A stretch of DNA of 63,341 nt, filler included, from Mitosporidium daphniae (lineage: Eukaryota): assembly GCF_000760515.2 (NCBI RefSeq). It is 15 parts of 15 records of this genome, joined end to end, with 100 filler letters (N's around TTAATTAATTAA, not from the genome) between each part and the next. Parts side by side here need not be neighbours in the genome. Positions count along the whole stretch, not along the records: positions 9,268 to 13,664 come from NW_013546605.1; positions 13,765 to 18,158 come from NW_013546604.1; positions 18,259 to 22,645 come from NW_013546603.1; positions 22,746 to 27,029 come from NW_013546602.1; 11 more parts are not named here. One strand, written 5' to 3'. Below are positions 11,803 through 23,792 of the stretch, piece by piece. The position numbers and the translations under genes were made by a program. The notes beneath the pieces were generated by a model. The model was not told the origin of the DNA and made no database searches. It was given only the letters and a program-made list of their open reading frames with translations. Positions within the stretch are counted from its first letter, which is position 1. Each line of letters starts with the position of its first letter.

Positions 11803-13664
11803 TTAATGAATAAAAAAAGCCGATCTGAAGCGAGAAATGCATCTTTCGATTCCCTCTTCTTCATATTCTGCCCGACTGATCCAAGAGTCAACGGAACCAT
11901 GTGACTTGGATGCCCACTTTGCGGCGCCTCTCCATGGACTATTAAAGAGGGTATTTGAGGCACTAATATCGTCCAAAGAGGGCTCTTTGAATTGCGGAGA
12001 TAAAATGTTCAGAATGCTACTTGATGGTCTCATCGATCTGAGTCCGTTGAATAATCTTTTCGGAAAGCCTGGGAATGCGACATTACCGCCTGTCAGGAAT
12101 ACCTCCTAGAGCGATTATAAATATGGCCCATACCTCTCTCTTTGTAATATCATGCTCTTTCGATATATGTGCAAATGTTTCATTCAAAGTCTCAACGATC
12201 CCCATTGAGCCAAGGCCGATAATTGATGGCTGAAAGAGAATTTCGGGCACCCTAATTCTTTCAATATTAATATGGAGCTGATAGGGAAGGCTTGATAGCC
12301 GGTTTTGAGTATCATTGGAGTCGCCCTCTCGCTCTGAAGCCTCTTCTATTCCATATGTAAAGTGGTCAATGAAAGAGGCTTTTTTTTCTTCCTGTTCAAG
12401 ATTCCAAAAGTTGGGATCATGATGCGATAAAAGCTCATCAATGCGGTCAATTTCATTTTCGAGCCTTTCCAAATCTTCAAACGAATCATCTGAAGTCCCG
12501 GGTGCTTTATTTAGCTCCCTGTATATTGACCAATCCGATTCATTATCCCCGAACATTGGATCATCATCCATTGGCGATTTATCTTTACGAGTGTCCTGTC
12601 CTGCTTTCCTTTTTTTCTTCAACGATGCATTTTCGTCATTGAAATCTGACGAAGAGGGTCTGCCATTGACAAGCGTAGAGAGGGATTTTATTCTTCGGAT
12701 GGAAGAACTGCTTTTTCGATCAGAAAGGCCATCCCTCTCCTGTTTTAGCTGCTTTAGCTTTGATTTTAGCTGCGATCTTAAGGCTCTTTTTTCAGCGATC
12801 CATTTTTCCGGATCTGCCTCCCTTCTCATATTTTCTTTAAGCTCTTCTTTTTCCTGAAATAAACTGATTTAGCATACCTTTGCACGGTCTTCATCCTCTT
12901 TCTCTAGCCTTGCTCTCTCTCGAGCATCAAAGCCAGCCTTAAGAAGCCTAAGCTTGCGCTTTTCTTTTATTTTTTCTTCTGAGAGGTCTGCATCCGGTAT
13001 TTCAAGAATAGAGTAATCATATTTTACAGTCTCTTTTTGGGAAGAATCTTTTCCATAAACAAGTTTATCAAGACGCGTTTCAAAATCAAGGATTACCTGC
13101 TCCAGGTCCGAAATGGAAGAGTATCCGTAATCTTTCAGCATTTCAAGATAGTCATCTTCGGTTTCATACTCTGCCCTAGTGGCTTGCATTTCGCGCAATC
13201 CAACGAGATCTGATTTCAATGCTACGATTTTCTCTTGCTTTCTTTTTTCCGAATGCAGCTTCATCTTTTCCGAAAAGGCCTTTTTCCGTTCTTCCAAGAG
13301 CTTACTCTGATCTTCGTCAGGTACCGAGGAATAAGAACTTTCCGGAATTGGGTATTGTATGACACAATCTTTGTCGTTCAAAAAAGAGGCAGAGTCCCTA
13401 AAAGATCGTAATTCGGAAGTATAATGTTCAGAAACATAACAAAAGTTTCTTACGCTCGCCTACAATTATTGGCGCCGTGATTTACCTCTGCATGTGATAG
13501 TGACATTTTTGTGGGGAAATACGGATATTTAAGCTGCATCAGACGAAGCATAAATGAAGAATGTGTGCTAAATCCAATCGGAATTCTGAAAATAAAAATC
13601 ACCAAAGCAACCTTCTAACAAATTCCTTGCAAACAGCGCCGTCTATTACCGGGATCACGGCGCC
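11803..13664 (-). CDS. ARP5: Actin-related protein Arp5 (INO80 complex), 5'-truncated
   Basis: Actin-fold motifs ERIRVPEILFQPSIIG, EVFLTGGN, PWRGAAKW and WISRAEYEEEG, with a long charged insertion and the Arp5-like FGDNESDWSIYR. Confidence 0.9.
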
Positions 13665-13764
13665 NNNNNNNNNNNNNNNNNNNNNNNNNNNNNNNNNNNN
13701 NNNNNNNNTTAATTAATTAANNNNNNNNNNNNNNNNNNNNNNNNNNNNNNNNNNNNNNNNNNNN

Positions 13765-15588
13765 CAATGTCGCGGAGGATGGCATCAATGTCTCGATTTC
13801 CTCTAAAAGCAACTCCTTGCATGTGCCAAGGACCAATCTACACCTCAAGGTCTCCTTTTGCAAAAACCCTTGATTCTCCTCATCCTCGCAAATGTAATTT
13901 ACAACGTGAATGTCCCAGGCTTCTTTCAACTTCTACAATTTAAGATGGTTCAGCGTACCGGGAAGGATACGGGCCACTCTTCCTCCAGCAGCCTCAAAAG
14001 CTGACCAAGAGACCCGAATAACGAGAAAAGCTGAAGACCTCTCACCTCGCCACTTGATAAGAGCCGCTCGATATATGTAAACAAGGATGAAAAGCCGGAA
14101 AGCCTTATCACTGAAACGACCAATTCACCCTGCAAAGAAACATCTCCAAATGGCTCATAAGTGAACAACAAATAATCAAGGAGATCGATAAACCTTTGAA
14201 CGGGCAAAAATATGAATCTGTTGGCACTTTCTGCGGCCCTAAGCAAATCGCCTGCCTCTGAGAAAAGCATGGATGCGGGAATATGTGGGAAATTTGGTCT
14301 TAAATTGGTAGCAGAGCAGGGAACAAGAATTTCCTTTTGCATGTATTGGGAGATCTCTACAAAGAAAGCAAAATTCAAAAAATACTATCCGCTTCGTGAG
14401 GGACATACAGCTTTGAGAGGGAAAACCCAAAAATACCGCCAGAGGCAAGCGTCATGTGGCCGAGAATTGAAAATCGACGGCTCTTTGCGCTTTCTGTTGA
14501 ATCATGGGTCAATTGAAGCGGGAAGAGTTCTGTCAAACGAACGTCGAATTCTGAGGCAAGCAATACGACGTCTGACAATGCCCATGGGTCTTCTAAAAAT
14601 ACATCCTTGTGGGCAGAAAGTTGATCGCAAAGAAATTTTGCGGCCTTGATTAGCAGTCGTTCTAAATACAACTCCTAAAAATAAGCACGCAAAAATACGC
14701 TTAATGGCAAGTAGTTCACAAATAGCTTCTGAGAACAAGGAAAATACGCCTCAATGTTGTCAAGCTGACTGGAAATGAAAAGACGGTTACGGTCGATCAG
14801 CTCGATGATTTTTTCAAATGTTGTCATTAGAGATGAGAGGCTAGTTATCGGCACGGAGATGTTGCAAAATATCATGGATTCCAAAACAAAATCAAGGACT
14901 GAAGAGACATTCCCATTACTATTTCCTATGATGAATGCTGTTTGAAATTACATCGCAATTGTCAACCCAAAGAGAGCCGCCAGTCCTGAATTCATCTCTA
15001 ATGTGGGCTGTTTGGAGCTAGAAAAATTTCAAACCAATCACAATTAGTTTCTTACCCTTTTAGCTGAAGGAGAAGGTCTTTAGAGGAAGCCACGAGGTCC
15101 TCATGGAGGCTATCAGAAAAGTCCAAGGATATATGTCCAAATAGGTTCGTAATTTCTTTATGTAGCTGCGCTAGAGTTGAAAGAAATGAGGCCCGTTTAT
15201 ACATGTCTTGAAGTTTTGAGGAAGCATCCAGATTTCTTCTCAAAAATGTGAAGATATCCTTCTTTATCATGGTAGTCAATTTGCCTTTTAAAACGGCCAA
15301 TTTTTCCAGCGAATTTTCTGCGTTGATCGAGGAAAGCAGAGTCATTTTTTTTTTCATGAAGGTCAGCTCGCTTGCTGCGAAGATTATTCAAGAAATCCTG
15401 AGCAATTCCAATCCTCCGAACCATTGCGTTTTTGACCTCACCAAGTTGGAATTCTACCGCATCCAGCTAATTTTGTTAGAAAGGCACCATACTTGGCCGG
15501 ACAAGCAAACTATTTTCTGGTTTATTGCTCTGATTTCACGCGTGATTGTGAGGGAGAAATCCCTTGGAACTGCAACTGGGGGTGACAT
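13765..15588 (-). CDS. Multi-intron helical protein, tentatively RINT-1/Tip20-like tether; apparent frameshift at a T10 run; 3'-truncated
   Basis: Consecutive same-strand ORFs are linked by short GT-AG gaps. There is an N-terminal coiled coil. WALSDVVLLASEFDVRL and QRFIDLLDYLLFTYEPF...LLRLLEEEW loosely resemble RINT-1. Coding status is well supported; the family call is weak. Confidence 0.45.
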
Positions 15589-15600
15589 AATAAATTTGAA

Positions 15601-15660
15601 ATCAATTCGATTCAATTCAATTCAAGTCGATTCAATTCAATTCAAGTCAATTGAATTGAT
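15601..15660. repeat. Degenerate (TTCAA)n pentamer tract in a 91-nt divergent intergenic region
   Basis: atcaattcgattcaattcaattcaagtcgattcaattcaattcaagtcaattgaattgat. Confidence 0.75.
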
Positions 15661-15679
15661 TTCAAATTTAAAACATCCC

Positions 15680-16017
15680 ATGCCTCTTACCCCGAGGCCC
15701 ACGCCCTATGAAAAGGCCATGCCGACACTTTCAGAAAAGCAGGCCGAGCTTGCATATCTTTTATCGCTACGAGATGCGTCTACAGCCATGTTGGACGGCT
15801 ATCAAGCTCTCCATAGGACCCTTAGCCGGCTAAAAACAGATGCCTCAGGTAATCAAGTTTTTTGATCGTAGAAAACTATCGTCTTTTCAAGCTATGGTCA
15901 GAGGTGATGAGAAATGCTGGCCAAATAAACGAGTCTCCAGGACCGTTGTCGCTGGGCGATCCGCAATCGCCCCTTTCGTCTCAAGCACCTCTATTTGTAA
16001 AAATCCCCCGAAAATAG
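15680..16017 (+). CDS. DAD2: DASH/Dam1 kinetochore complex subunit Dad2
   Basis: Splicing a 23-nt intron (15849-15871) gives LSEKQAELAYLLSLRDASTAMLDGYQALHRTLSRLKTDASENYRLFKLWSEVMRNA...PLFVKIPRK. This matches the Dad2 pattern: K..EL..L coiled coil, a conserved W, and a C-terminal P..V[RK]I. Confidence 0.72.
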
Positions 16018-16028
16018 GAGCCTGGTGC

Positions 16029-17128
16029 TCAAATTTTATTGCTTGTATTAAAGGCCTGGTGATACAAACTCAAAATCGGATTTACGGACAAAGCGAAGAA
16101 TTTCTCCACTCGAAGGGGATAACTGTACATTAAAATTGAGGAAACGACCATTGAACCGCCAAGAAGTTTGTCGAGGGTCAATGAATTTCCTGGATTTGGC
16201 GAGAGGGAGTCCATGATGATTCCAGATGTGACGATACAAAGTGCAGAGGCAAAGCCCTTAATAATTGAGTCTGCATATTTGACAATGTACGCGATTATAA
16301 ATCCACAGAGTGCCATTAGAACGGCAAGGAGGAAAGTAAACACGTTATAGCCGTGGAAAAGACCCTTCTCCCGCAATATGGGTCCGTCAAAGATTAACAT
16401 CAAAACTGCAGAAAAAAACATCCCAGACACTGCCAGGTAGATGTTTAATAGCCAAATGATCGGAAGCTCGTCGTCCTTCTCTTCTTGTGAGTTTTTGGAA
16501 TGAAGCGAGCATTCGAAGAAGATTCCGGCAAACCCGGATGAAATTGTTGCTAAAATTACGGCTAAAAGCCCCAAAATGCCATTTCCCTCGTGTTCGCCAT
16601 TGTTTGGCGAAGAGATTGAAGATAATTGGACAATCGTCGTTCCAAGCGTCAAAAGTACCAGGGCGCTCTTTTGGACCAGATTTATGCGGGTTCCTTTCAT
16701 CAGCCACGAAAAATACGCCGTCGTTACAACCTTTAGCTGGGAGGTGATCAAAAAAAGAATTCCATCCAGGTTTGAGATTGCATACAAATTGAGATTGCCT
16801 ACGGGAAGGCTTAATATTGGAGTCTCATACCTTGAACAGAATAGAAGAGCGAAATCAAAATCATTTTACATCCCAATTTATGTTCCCTAATCGATCTATC
16901 GTAAATCTTAGAAACTGTTTGCCTAAGCGAACGCTTGCCAATTGAAAAATGAAGGATTAGGAAACATACCAAGGCCTTAAACGATTCTATCACAAAGACC
17001 AACGTGGATGCAGTATAGAGGTGATCCCCGGTTCTACTAAGCTTGGTGGCAACCGGAATTATTGTGTTGAATAGCACCAGAAAAGCTGGAAAAAGCAGGC
17101 TCGGTGAAACGGTAATTTTTTTAAACAT
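16029..17128 (-). CDS. Golgi nucleotide-sugar transporter, SLC35A (UDP-Gal/CMP-Sia) family
   Basis: STLVFVIESFKAL, YSVQ|GNLNLYAISNLD (32-nt intron 16799-16830), SQLKVVTTAYFS, SSGFAGIFFE and VKYADSIIKGFA. Multiple TM segments. Confidence 0.92.
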
Positions 17129-17342
17129 AAAATCAACAAATGGCGTGGTGGTTAAATTTTCACATCAAAATAATGGCTCAAATTTTGCACTACGTATTCG
17201 GGTCCGAAAAATAGCAAAATTGGGGCCGGCGATCAAAGTACAACCACGTAATTGTATGACTAATTGCCAAATCAAATGATCCAAATCCCATTTTACAATT
17301 GAGTGGTAACGGGACCCGCCGGCTTTTTACTTTTATTCTCTG

Positions 17343-18158
17343 ATGACGGACCAAGGTAACGCGGGAGATCCTTACTTTTTAGTGGAGTTACTTGCTAAAA
17401 GCCTTGAATACATCATCCCTAAGCTAGAAAAGGTGTGGGGAGTTGGAACCCTTCCAGAATTGGGGATAGTTTGTGGCTCTGGCTTATCTACGATGGCGGA
17501 TGCCCTGGATGCTGTTAGTCTAGAAATTCCATTTGGAAATATTCCCAATTTCCCATTGAGCTCCGTTGCTGGACATGCAGGGCTACTGATATTTGGAAAA
17601 ATCGAGGGATTGCATGTTGTGTTGCTTAGTGGCCGTGTTCACTACTATGAAGGGTATACACCCCAGCAAGCCTCATACCCCATCTTTCTTTTATCTGGAT
17701 TAGGTGTATCCTCAATTGTGCTTTCAAATGCAGCTGGTGGACTCTCCATTAACTACAAAGTTGGTAACATAGTGGTGATTACTGATCATCTTTATCTAGC
17801 CGGCATTAGTGGAATGAGTCCATTAGTTGGGCCTCATATTGCCATTCCCAAGATTCTTTCTTCTCTCCGCAATCTGTCTCATTATACAGCTCTCAAATCT
17901 AGAATTAATGGCAGAAATTCTGAAAGATTTACTGCCCTCAATGGAATCTACTCTGCGCATTTACGTAGACTTTTTGGCCAGGCAATCGTCGATACTGGTG
18001 CATTTGAGGCCGGACAAATTCATTGTGGCGTTTATGCTTATACTGCTGGTCCTCAATATGAGTCACCTGCAGAAACCGTAGCCCTAAGGAATATGGGAGC
18101 AGACGCTGTAGGAATGTCTACCATTCCTGAGGTGTTGGTTGCTGCCCAATATGGCATT
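17343..18158 (+). CDS. PNP1: Purine nucleoside phosphorylase (trimeric type), cut by the contig end
   Basis: GIVCGSGL, SVAGHAG, GRVHYYEGY, SNAAGGL, GPQYESPAE and GADAVGMSTIPEV. Confidence 0.95.
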
Positions 18159-18258
18159 NNNNNNNNNNNNNNNNNNNNNNNNNNNNNNNNNNNNNNNNNN
18201 NNTTAATTAATTAANNNNNNNNNNNNNNNNNNNNNNNNNNNNNNNNNNNNNNNNNNNN

Positions 18259-21200
18259 AACAGCTGATTATAACTTCAGGCTTATTTGGGCCAAATTCGA
18301 TCCAATTTATGGATCAGAAACGGGTATGCTCTGAGGAACCAAGTTTACAATTATCTTGGCGTAAATTTGATTGATGAGATGAGAGACCTCGATTTGTACT
18401 TGATTCAAGAGTTTATTCAAACGTGCCCCAACGCCATTGACCTTATAATCAGCTGTTTTAATTTGGAGGCATATTTGCTTGGTGGAGACTCTCTGAATAG
18501 CTCGATTAGAGCAGATGCATTGATTCAGGCACGATTCGGGCAACTGGACCAGCTATTGTCTTTGTTTGTTAATTTACTCAGTTCAGACATTGCAGAGCAG
18601 CTTGACATTGCTACCATGGTCCGTAGGTCGTTGATTCATTTCCTGTTTTTGGCCCCGTCCTCAAATTCTGAGCTTCTTAAAAGGTTGCCTGGAAAGTTTT
18701 CGGAACACGCCGATGTCAAGGACATACTATTTTCTGTTTCGGTCCAACGAAACAAGAGAAGCTCTGTGGGCGACAAAATGATATTCCATCTGAAGCCAGA
18801 AATTGCGTCGGAAATCGATATTTTTTACACTTACTTTTCCTACACTGAGCGACAATCCTGCTTTGACATTTTGGCACAGGACAGAACAAAATCCTCGCTG
18901 TTTCCAAAAGACCTGACCTTTAATAGCAATTCGCTTGAATGTCTGATCAGGTCTGCGTCCTTTTTTGCATTTCTTTTGAATTGTCTTTTGAGTCTCAAAG
19001 AGGAAAACAATAGCGTTTTTATTGTGCTGCAGATTCTTTACATCATACACTGTGGCTTTCAATTTGTCCAAAGGCAGCAGAATGCCTCCTTATGCCACGA
19101 GTTTGCTTCTTTTTTGATCAACAATTCGCCGACTGTTGAGGCTTGTGAAGACGGCCACTACACGTCCATCTATGATGCGCTTAAATCGTTGTCATCGATG
19201 GCTCCATATTCTTGCATTCAACCTACTCTTAAATTTGTGCTGTCCGAAATTGATGACCTTCAAGGAAAAAGCGACGTTGACGTTGATGTATCAGCAACCC
19301 CTATCGATCAAAAGAAAGAGCAGGCTGCGGAGCGAAGGCGCATGCTTCTTGAAAGAATGCAAAGCGCCCAAAACTCGTTTATCCAAAAATGCGAGGTTTC
19401 AAATAGGGAAGAGGAGGCTCCTATCGAGTATGCGTCAAATGACAATGCATACGATTTTGAAGATGCATCTTCTTCTGACTCGTATTTTGCCAATGAAGAA
19501 GATACTGAGGAGGAAAATGCCCTAGATGACATTGACTTGTGGGATGCAGATACTGACGGCATAGAAATGGTGGAACAGCCAGACGATGTTTATGAAACTT
19601 TCTCGCCATCATCAAACAATGACGTGGACAAGTATATTGATCCCTTTAAGTTTTTACAGCAATTTGAATCTGCTAGACACAAATTCCAGTCTTTAAACAA
19701 GCACAGGCAGGTTTATTCTTTCGATTTAAAGAAAGCAGCCAATGTTGAGCAACAGGAGTTGTGTCAAGACTTGGGAAACTGTAATATTTGCCGTGAGCCA
19801 CTTTGCCTCGCGGACACTTCAAAAATAATTGGAATCATTGCACGGCTATTTAAGAAACGGTTTTTACGCGAATATTCGGAGAAACACACCCGAGGATTTC
19901 CAAATGACCAATCTTTTGATCTATTATTCCAGTCGTCAGAAAAGAAATATGATTCTTGGGCCTACAGCAACTTTTCATCGCTGTTTTCTTCGTGCAAACA
20001 TTTGTTCCACTATTCATGCATGAAGACTCTTAGTGGTGGAAAACAATTTCGTTGTCCTTTGTGCAGAAAAAAAGGGCATATTTTTCTTCCTTATTTTGAC
20101 CGATCCTCCATTATCCCGGCTCCGCTTAAGCAGCGTCAACCGGGCCCATCTTCAGATGTGAGGGCGGGCCCCTCTTTTTTGAAAGATAGCATTTTCCTTT
20201 CTGCTGATAGTCTTGACCAAGTGCAGTTTCCTTTCTTCATGGCAACTGCTCAAAGTATTTGTGATCGTTGGAACCATTATTATGGAAAATATTATTTGCA
20301 CCACTCGGATCCCGACTCGCTGCCCCGTATTCTCGATAACGAAGGCCTTTCAATTATGCAACAATACATGGCCAGGTATTTGGTCACTGATGTCAGAGAG
20401 GGAAGGTCCAAATTGTTATTTATAGAGCAGACTTGTAATGTACTCTGTGATATTATTGCAACGGTGGAAATATATTTGAGAACACACCAGCTTGATTTTT
20501 CGCAATGGTCCGCACAACTTGAAACGCCTTCCAATTTAATGCTAGAATTCTCTCCTTATTTCTTTTCAGTAATCGAAATTTACAAGGTCTTCATTACAGC
20601 CTCAACTCTGCTGCGGTCAAATTGCGGTTCTTCTGAATATGAGTCTCTTAAGGAATCGATGTCGCAAGTCCTAAATATCTTCACATCTTTTGACGAGCAT
20701 AGCTCTTTTCTCAAGGATCTGCTTGCTTATTCTATTCTTTACTATTCTCCTGATTCGTTGGAAGATTTAAAAAAGTTCAGGCATTTGGTGGCTTTTCTAT
20801 TCGTAAAATACTATTTTGTTCAACACTCGTCCGTGATTTCCCTGACCACCTTTTCAAGCTCGCTGAAATATTATTTTTTTCTCGTTTATTTAAGATCGGC
20901 TTTGGTGCTCGAGTCGATGTTTTTCGGGACCAAGCAGGAGATCGATAACTTTGGTTCCACTTTGGAGGAGTTCTCATTTCTTTACACAAGTGTCTACAAA
21001 ATAGATTTGCTTTGGATTTCGATTGATTCTTTTCTTCTTTCTCTTGATGGCAATCGTAACGACTGTATGCTCAACTTTGACACTGTGCAGGTTATTATTG
21101 ACATGAAAGAGTATTTCTTACCGATCTCCTCTGATGCTAGTCTGGCCATTCCGCCTCTTCCTTATCCCTTCCGATACTCCTTTGTTCCTTTTCCGCCAAA

Positions 21201-21701
21201 GTTTGACCAGCTTATCATTCAATCGACCAGGCGCACATGTACCAAGTGCAACACGGTGCCCTCTGAAACGGCAATTTGTTTCATTTGTGGAAAGTTGTGC
21301 TGCTTTAAATCCACATGCTGTTTCATCTTTAGACAGATGGGCGAGTGTAACTTTCACATGATGGGGTACCCCATCTTTCCATTTAGCCTCATTTTTAGAT
21401 ATTGCTGCGGATCAATTGGTCTTTTTATGTTGGTACAAAAAGCGGGCACTGTGTATCTGTCTGATGCGTCTGCATACATAAGAGAATCTGCCTATGTAGA
21501 TGCCTATGGCGAGCCGGACCTTGGATTCAAGTTTGAAGGCATTGTTAATTAATTTTTAGGCGAGGATTTCCTTTGTCACTTTCCTCATCTTTGTTCAGTG
21601 ACCTTGAAAATGAATGGTTGCTGCATAAGACACATGATTCATTGGACGCTTTCAACGACATGGAACCCTCCGGCATTAACGTCATCCACATATTGGTTTA
21701 A
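18259..21701 (+). CDS. UBR1/2/3-family N-recognin E3 ubiquitin ligase, C-terminal part (5'-truncated)
   Basis: LWIRNG motif, RRSLIHFL, split RING (CNIC...CKHLFHYSC...CPLC), Cys-rich C-terminal domain and YVDAYGEPDLGFK|RGFPLSL (29-nt intron 21531-21559). Probable in-frame intron at 21366-21398. Confidence 0.92.
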
Positions 21702-21719
21702 TGCCTTACGCGCGATTTA

Positions 21720-22582
21720 TTATTCAAGATTCTCGCATACCCTAGATGATGCTGGCATTTTGTCCAGCTTCCCAAGACATTCGGCAAGAATAAAATTTTG
21801 CTAAAAAATAAAACTGCTTTGACGCGAACCTTTTCCATCGACTTTAGCTTCTCAAAAATAGAATTGCGAGTAGAATCTATCAGGCCCCTTCGGTGGATAG
21901 CCTTTTGCTCGGAGATTTTTCGCACCATATCATCGAGTTTAAACTTCACCTCTTGAAGATGTTTGGTCTCTTGCATCAAAGATTCTAGCTCCACATGAAG
22001 ATGCACATTTTCCTAACCAAGTATGGGCAGCAACAAAGCAAACCTTTTTGATTCTCAAATATTCTTCAAACAAGCCTCGAACCTCTTTAAAGGCATTCAG
22101 GTGATTCAGTCTCGACAAAAGGGCGTTTCTTCTGCGGACAAACGCCTCTTGAATTTCTTTAACCGTTCTATTCTCTTCATTTTCAATGTATTCTCCAATA
22201 ACCGGCCCGGCCTTGAGATATAAGAAACGCATGACAATTAAAAATGTAAGAAGAAGCGGAGATTCGCTATTTACGATGTATATGTCGGAAGAGACAAGAG
22301 CAGCAGTAAGTGCAGAGCTTAGGGAAACAAAAGCAAGCTTTTTTGTATTATCGGCGCCTGGGATAAACTCAATTGCCATTTGCAGGCGACTCTTGGAGGC
22401 GGCGGGATCTGAGCGATAAACTAACAGGGCTTACCATTGGGTGTGGCGCCCTGGTCGTGTTGCATGCCATTGACGACATTTTTGGGGCTAGCAGATGACA
22501 AAAGTCTCTTTTGAAGCGTCACGCGCAAATGCGAAGAACCCAAACCTAGCAGTGATGGTCGAATAGGAGACACTCGATTCAT
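21720..22582 (-). CDS. ATP4: Mitochondrial ATP synthase F0 subunit b
   Basis: Arg/Ser-rich presequence-like N-terminus (MNRVSPIRPSLL...KRLLSSA), then EFIPG...LVSSDIYIVNSES plus a TM segment with KAGP, a long coiled coil and a spliced end QNFILAECLGKL. Confidence 0.8.
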
Positions 22583-22745
22583 TAAAATTTCAAACTCCAA
22601 ACCCTCAATGCCAAATAATTCGAGTTGACTAAAACTTAATGGGGGNNNNNNNNNNNNNNNNNNNNNNNNNNNNNNNNNNNNNNNNNNNNTTAATTAATTA
22701 ANNNNNNNNNNNNNNNNNNNNNNNNNNNNNNNNNNNNNNNNNNNN

Positions 22746-22853
22746 GATGGCTTGGGGATTGAGCAAGAAGTTCAATTATCGGATGAAATTCTTACCGGGC
22801 TGCATCGGCAATGGGATTTGTGGAAAAGTGGCCGAGATGGACGTAGGAGTTGA
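22746..22853 (+). CDS. Probable 3' end of an unidentified gene
   Basis: Open frame from the contig start (DGLGIEQEVQLSDEILTGLHRQWDLWKSGRDGRRS*), followed shortly by AATAAA. Confidence 0.4.
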   Translation, partial: DGLGIEQEVQLSDEILTGLHRQWDLWKSGRDGRRS

Positions 22854-23792
22854 GGCGCCTAATGGCCCATTAATAAATCGGTTGCCTAAAAATTTCGAGT
22901 GCCAAGATTCCCTCTAATTGAGTAGACTTGTGTGGTGTGATCTTATTTTAGCGTGGACGCAAGGTACTCGAACGACAAGCTGATTATAAAAAGGGTTATT
23001 TACACAAACATAGCTTGACTCTACTGGCGATCAACTTGATACGCCATTTTGCAGCATGCTATGCAATTTAAGCATCAAGCTGACTCCAAGCCGCAGATGG
23101 TGGGTTGAAAGCATGCAGTAATTGCCAATAAGATTGGTGTGAACAAAAGAGGCCTCGGATTTTTGGTGATCTACTTGGGGTGGTATGGAAAGTAACAAAA
23201 TTACACCGCATTCGAGAAGAATACACGTGCCAGCTACATACCGTCTCTTCAGCAGCGGATAGATTTGATTTTCGGTTAAATCGCTAACGATCTAAAGAGA
23301 TGAGCTCATTTCCAAAATACTATATATGCTCTGCGTGAAATTTCAAGCGAAATCAGAATCAAGTGGTCCTTAGCACGATTCTTCTATCCCATGAAGAGTC
23401 TGAAAAATGTGTGATTTTGCGTTTACAAGCCATCATCACGTCTGAAAATATTTTCAAAATCCTGGGGCAAGCAAATCATGATGCGTTAAAAATATATGCG
23501 GCGTTTGCATGTTTTTCTTGACAGGCTGTTTATATTTATCCAACCCCAAGAAATAGAAAGGAAGAAATTGCGATCTAGAGCAACAAAAAAGGCCAAATGT
23601 GGAGCCACTTCACGGTAGAAGAGTTTCTTAAAGTGATCGTAATGCCAAGCAGCCGAGCTATGTATTCTGCAGTGCTTCCGTGTGTTGATTTAGAGCTGTA
23701 TTGGGATTAGGGAAACCCCATAGCAAAACCGATTTTTTGGCTTTGTCGAATTGGCAAATAATGGTCATGTTAGCCGTAATTTTTAAATTTTA

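Noticed and set aside
21698..21701. Overlapping stop codons of ATP4 and the UBR gene implied by the ORF track
   Set aside because: After removing the last ATP4 intron the stop is at 21720-21722, 18 nt away from the UBR stop.
23290..23490. Possible box C/D snoRNA cluster (TGATG/CTGA-like words)
   Set aside because: There is no complete box C with a paired terminal stem and no recognisable rRNA guide, so it cannot be supported without an Rfam search.
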